A DNA stretch of 46,308 nt, filler included, from Hypanus sabinus (taxonomy: Eukaryota), in NCBI RefSeq assembly GCF_030144855.1. It is 2 parts of 2 records of this genome, joined end to end, with 100 filler letters (N's around TTAATTAATTAA, not from the genome) between each part and the next. Parts side by side here need not be neighbours in the genome. Positions count along the whole stretch, not along the records: positions 28,582 to 46,308 come from NW_026781020.1; 1 more part is not named here. One strand, 5' to 3'. Below, one piece after another: positions 43,634 through 46,308 of this stretch. The notes under the pieces were generated by a model. It was not told the origin of the DNA. It did not search any database and saw only the letters and a program-made list of their open reading frames with translations. The translations under genes and the position numbers were made by a program. How positions within the stretch are numbered: position 1 is the first letter of the stretch; each line of letters opens with the position of its first letter.

Positions 43634-43672
43634 CACAGAACTTCAGATAACGAGTCTCCCCCTGCAAAAACA
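43634..43672 (+). other. 23-RSS of V8
   Basis: CACAGAA + 23 bp + GCAAAAACA. Confidence 0.88.
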
Positions 43673-43711
43673 TTCCAGCCTGCAGCAGGGAGGTTCAGTG
43701 GCCATTTTGTA

Positions 43712-43727
43712 CCAGTAGGTGGCAGCA
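43712..43727 (+). promoter_or_regulatory. CTCF-like site 39 bp 3' of the V8 RSS
   Basis: CCAGTAGGTGGCAGCA matches the CTCF core; TTCAGT 18 bp upstream. Confidence 0.75.
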
Positions 43728-44379
43728 CAAGACCGTGTTCGACTGTTTCTTTCTGTCACGAACGGGCTGCACTCGGCTGCATTTCCGCGCGTGCACCTGC
43801 TACCTCGGATATCACATCGACAAGCAAAGGGGCTTTGATGAATAACGGCCTGCTGAACCATCTGCTCTGCAACTGACGGCAGGAATCCCGAGAGGGCCCT
43901 GCCCACAGCTCAGCACATCGCTCAAACCTCCCCTCATTCGTTACCTCAGTAAAGGAGCCGATGATAATAAAGGCTCCAGTCACCAATCCAGCAGTTTCTC
44001 TGCCTTCGTTACCCTACTCTTATGCTCGAGGATGGGACAATGATATGGTTTCTCGAAATCACAATCTACATCTCCCTAGTCCTGTTCACCCTCACTGCGG
44101 TTTTCTCTGTCGAATTTAATCATTTTTGATTAACTTTATTCCACACCAGTGCACTGTGGTCTGTATGCAAGACCAGATTTTCACCGTAAGTCCATAGATG
44201 CAGCAAGTGTAAACGGATTTATTAATTTACCTTTCTCTATATCAATGCAAAATGTAATTAACTGTTTTCTGCGAACAAGTTTTACACGGCATAACTGTAT
44301 AGGGACAGACTTTATAATTCTGATTCCCATTCAACTTCTGACGTGTCGGTTCTTGGCGACCCCTGGCGTCAAGACGAGG

Positions 44380-44700
44380 CTACAGTCAAGGTAGAGGAAC
44401 AACTTCTTATATTCCATCTGAGTACCCTCCAACTTGATGGTGTATATTACTGTTACCTTTTCCTTTTGCTCGCCTGACTATTGCTTCTCCCTTGAAACTC
44501 TCCTCCTTCCCCTACCCCTGTTTTCCGTCTCCTCTCCTATCATATATCATATTCTTCCCACTCCAGCCCAATTTAACCATCCCGCAACTATTATTTCAGG
44601 AATTTTCCCGCACCCTCCACCCCGCTACACTTTTCACTCCCAGTCCTGATGAAGGGTTTCTCCATGAAACGTTCAATGTTACAATTTTCCACACGCCATC
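44380..44700 (+). mobile_element. Penelope-like element 3' end with degenerate hammerhead core
   Basis: VEEQLLIFHLSTLQLDG, pyrimidine-rich tail, CTGATGA...GAAAC at 44646-44670. Confidence 0.75.
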
Positions 44701-44980
44701 AAGAGCGGTAGGGCGTGAGTCTCCGGCCACAGAAAATCGTTCCACCTATTGAGCAAATGGTGCAGAACCGGCTTCCCGCCACGTGAGGGCAGCAGTACAC
44801 TGAATATCGTTGAACATTGTCCGACTAGAACGACACACAGCAACGCGCGATAGTTATGCCGATGCATCTGTAAAAGTTTGCTCTATGGAGGCATCTGTAC
44901 CAATGCTAATATCTCGCACATACATCTATGTCTTCTATAGTTATGTAATTAATGGGGAGAACATCCACTGGGTGACCTTC

Positions 44981-45505
44981 TGTACCTAATAAAATGGCCA
45001 CTCACTGTATGTTCGTGGTCCTCTGCTATTGCAGCCCATCCCATCCCGCTTCGAGGTTCAACATATTGTGCATTCAGAGATGCTCCTCTGCACACTACAG
45101 TTGTAACACGTTGTAACTGGAATTACTGCCGCCGTCCTCTCGGCTTGAAAGAGTCTGGCCGTTCTCCTCTAACCTCGGCCATTGACAGGACGTTTTCACC
45201 CACACAATTACCACAACAGTGTTTCGTGCCATTCCCTGTAAACACAAGAGATCGTTGTGTGTGACTATCCCAGGAGTTCAGCAGTTTCTGAGATACGGAA
45301 CCTCTCCCGGATTGACACCAATAGGCATTCTACGTTCAAAGTAAATTAGATCACATTTCTTCCCTATTCCGATGTTTGGACTGAACAGAAATGGAACTTT
45401 TGACCATTTCTGCATGCTCTTATGCATTGACTTGCTGCAACACGATTGGTTGATGAGTCATTTGCATTAACGAGTGGGTGAAGTGCCGTCTAATAAAGTG
45501 GCCAC
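44981..45505 (-). mobile_element. Tc1/mariner-derived non-autonomous element
   Basis: Bounded by the direct repeats CTAATAAA(A/G)TGGCCAC; internal transposase N-terminal remnant. Confidence 0.75.
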
Positions 45506-46308
45506 ATCATCTGAGTAACGAATGTTAACATGGACAGATGGGTTTGTAAGTTTGAAAGCGACACAATGATTGACGGCGTCAAGGATGTTAGAGCGGGTTG
45601 TCCACAAAGAGACCGGGTTATCTGTGTGGTCAGTGCGTAGCTGAGCTGATAATGAGGCCGCTGAGTGTGTGTTGTGTTGTCTTTATTATCTCCTCTGCAG
45701 ACCTTCGCTGCTCCTTCTCACCTTTCACAGTATTCCGTCTGGAGGAGAGATTGCCCAACCCGAGGCAGCAGCATATTGAGCTGCTACTGATTTTCGCTTC
45801 TGTTCCTAGCAGGAGACAAATGACGTTCTGTGGTGGCCCTAACACAACCACTTCTGCGTCTACTCGCCACGAAATTCCCTGTGACTTTCACGCACTTTCA
45901 GTCTGCTGGTCCAGAGTCAATGAATCAGTAGACACACACAAATGCATTACGGATAATTCNNNNNNNNNNNNNNNNNNNNNNNNNNNNNNNNNNNNNNNNN
46001 NNNNNNNNNNNNNNNNNNNNNNNNNNNNNNNNNNNNNNNNNNNNNNNNNNNNNNNNNNNNNNNNNNNNNNNNNNNNNNNNNNNNNNNNNNNNNNNNNNNN
46101 CGCGCACTCGAACCGGCTCACAAATAGCCCGCGCACCGGCATAAAGGCCAATCCCAAAAAGGCGCCAGGTCTGCTTCACCAACAAAGGTAAAAGCCTGTG
46201 AATACGTGTCCCCTACAACATCCGCGCCCGGGAAGGCGGGATCAGGGGGGCTTTAAAGCGAGGCAGCGAAGTTCGGATAAAATCTTCTTGAACTGCAGTT
46301 TACCGACT

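Noticed and set aside
44981-45505. Direct repeats at both ends suggesting an LTR element
   Set aside because: They match the internal direct repeats of Tc1-type IR/DR ends, and the interior is a transposase remnant.
1-46308. Trypsinogen, MOXD2 or EPHB6 exons that flank TRB in other vertebrates; D, J or C segments
   Set aside because: No recognisable motifs in any frame of the ORF track.
45540-46308. 197-aa ORF across the last gap
   Set aside because: It spans Ns, begins in a faint CR1 remnant and shows no recognisable domain.

Overview
Eukaryotic (vertebrate) genomic DNA, not prokaryotic. It is part of the variable-segment array of a T-cell receptor beta (TRB) locus. The repeat content (V-SINE, CR1, Penelope, Rex1, Tc1 remnants) points to a cartilaginous fish, probably a ray (inference). 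Eight V segments are present, each followed by a 23-bp-spacer recombination signal (RSS). Left contig (1-28481): three intact minus-strand V genes (V1 6621-7188, V2 14887-15454, V3 21256-21823) inside tandem 6.4-8.3 kb cassettes made mostly of dead retroelements, with an 8.85 kb block repeated almost identically at offset 14,635. Right part (28582-46308): five plus-strand V segments, two intact (V5 33480-34103, V7 40476-41115) and three pseudogenes (V4, V6, V8). The intact genes end in CAWS and resemble mammalian TRBV30. No D, intact J or C segment was found. The most notable features are recurring non-coding motifs around the V genes: a PBX-MEIS/PREP decamer just 3' of the RSS, E-boxes inside the RSS spacers of all intact genes, CTCF-like sites all pointing the same way, and a reversed CRE-type decamer about 90 bp upstream of the ATG. 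There is also a hyper-divergent CDR2 patch between otherwise near-identical paralogs. The join between the two oppositely oriented clusters is an artificial 100-bp spacer, so their relative orientation is unproven. Repeat boundaries are approximate and motif calls were made by eye.
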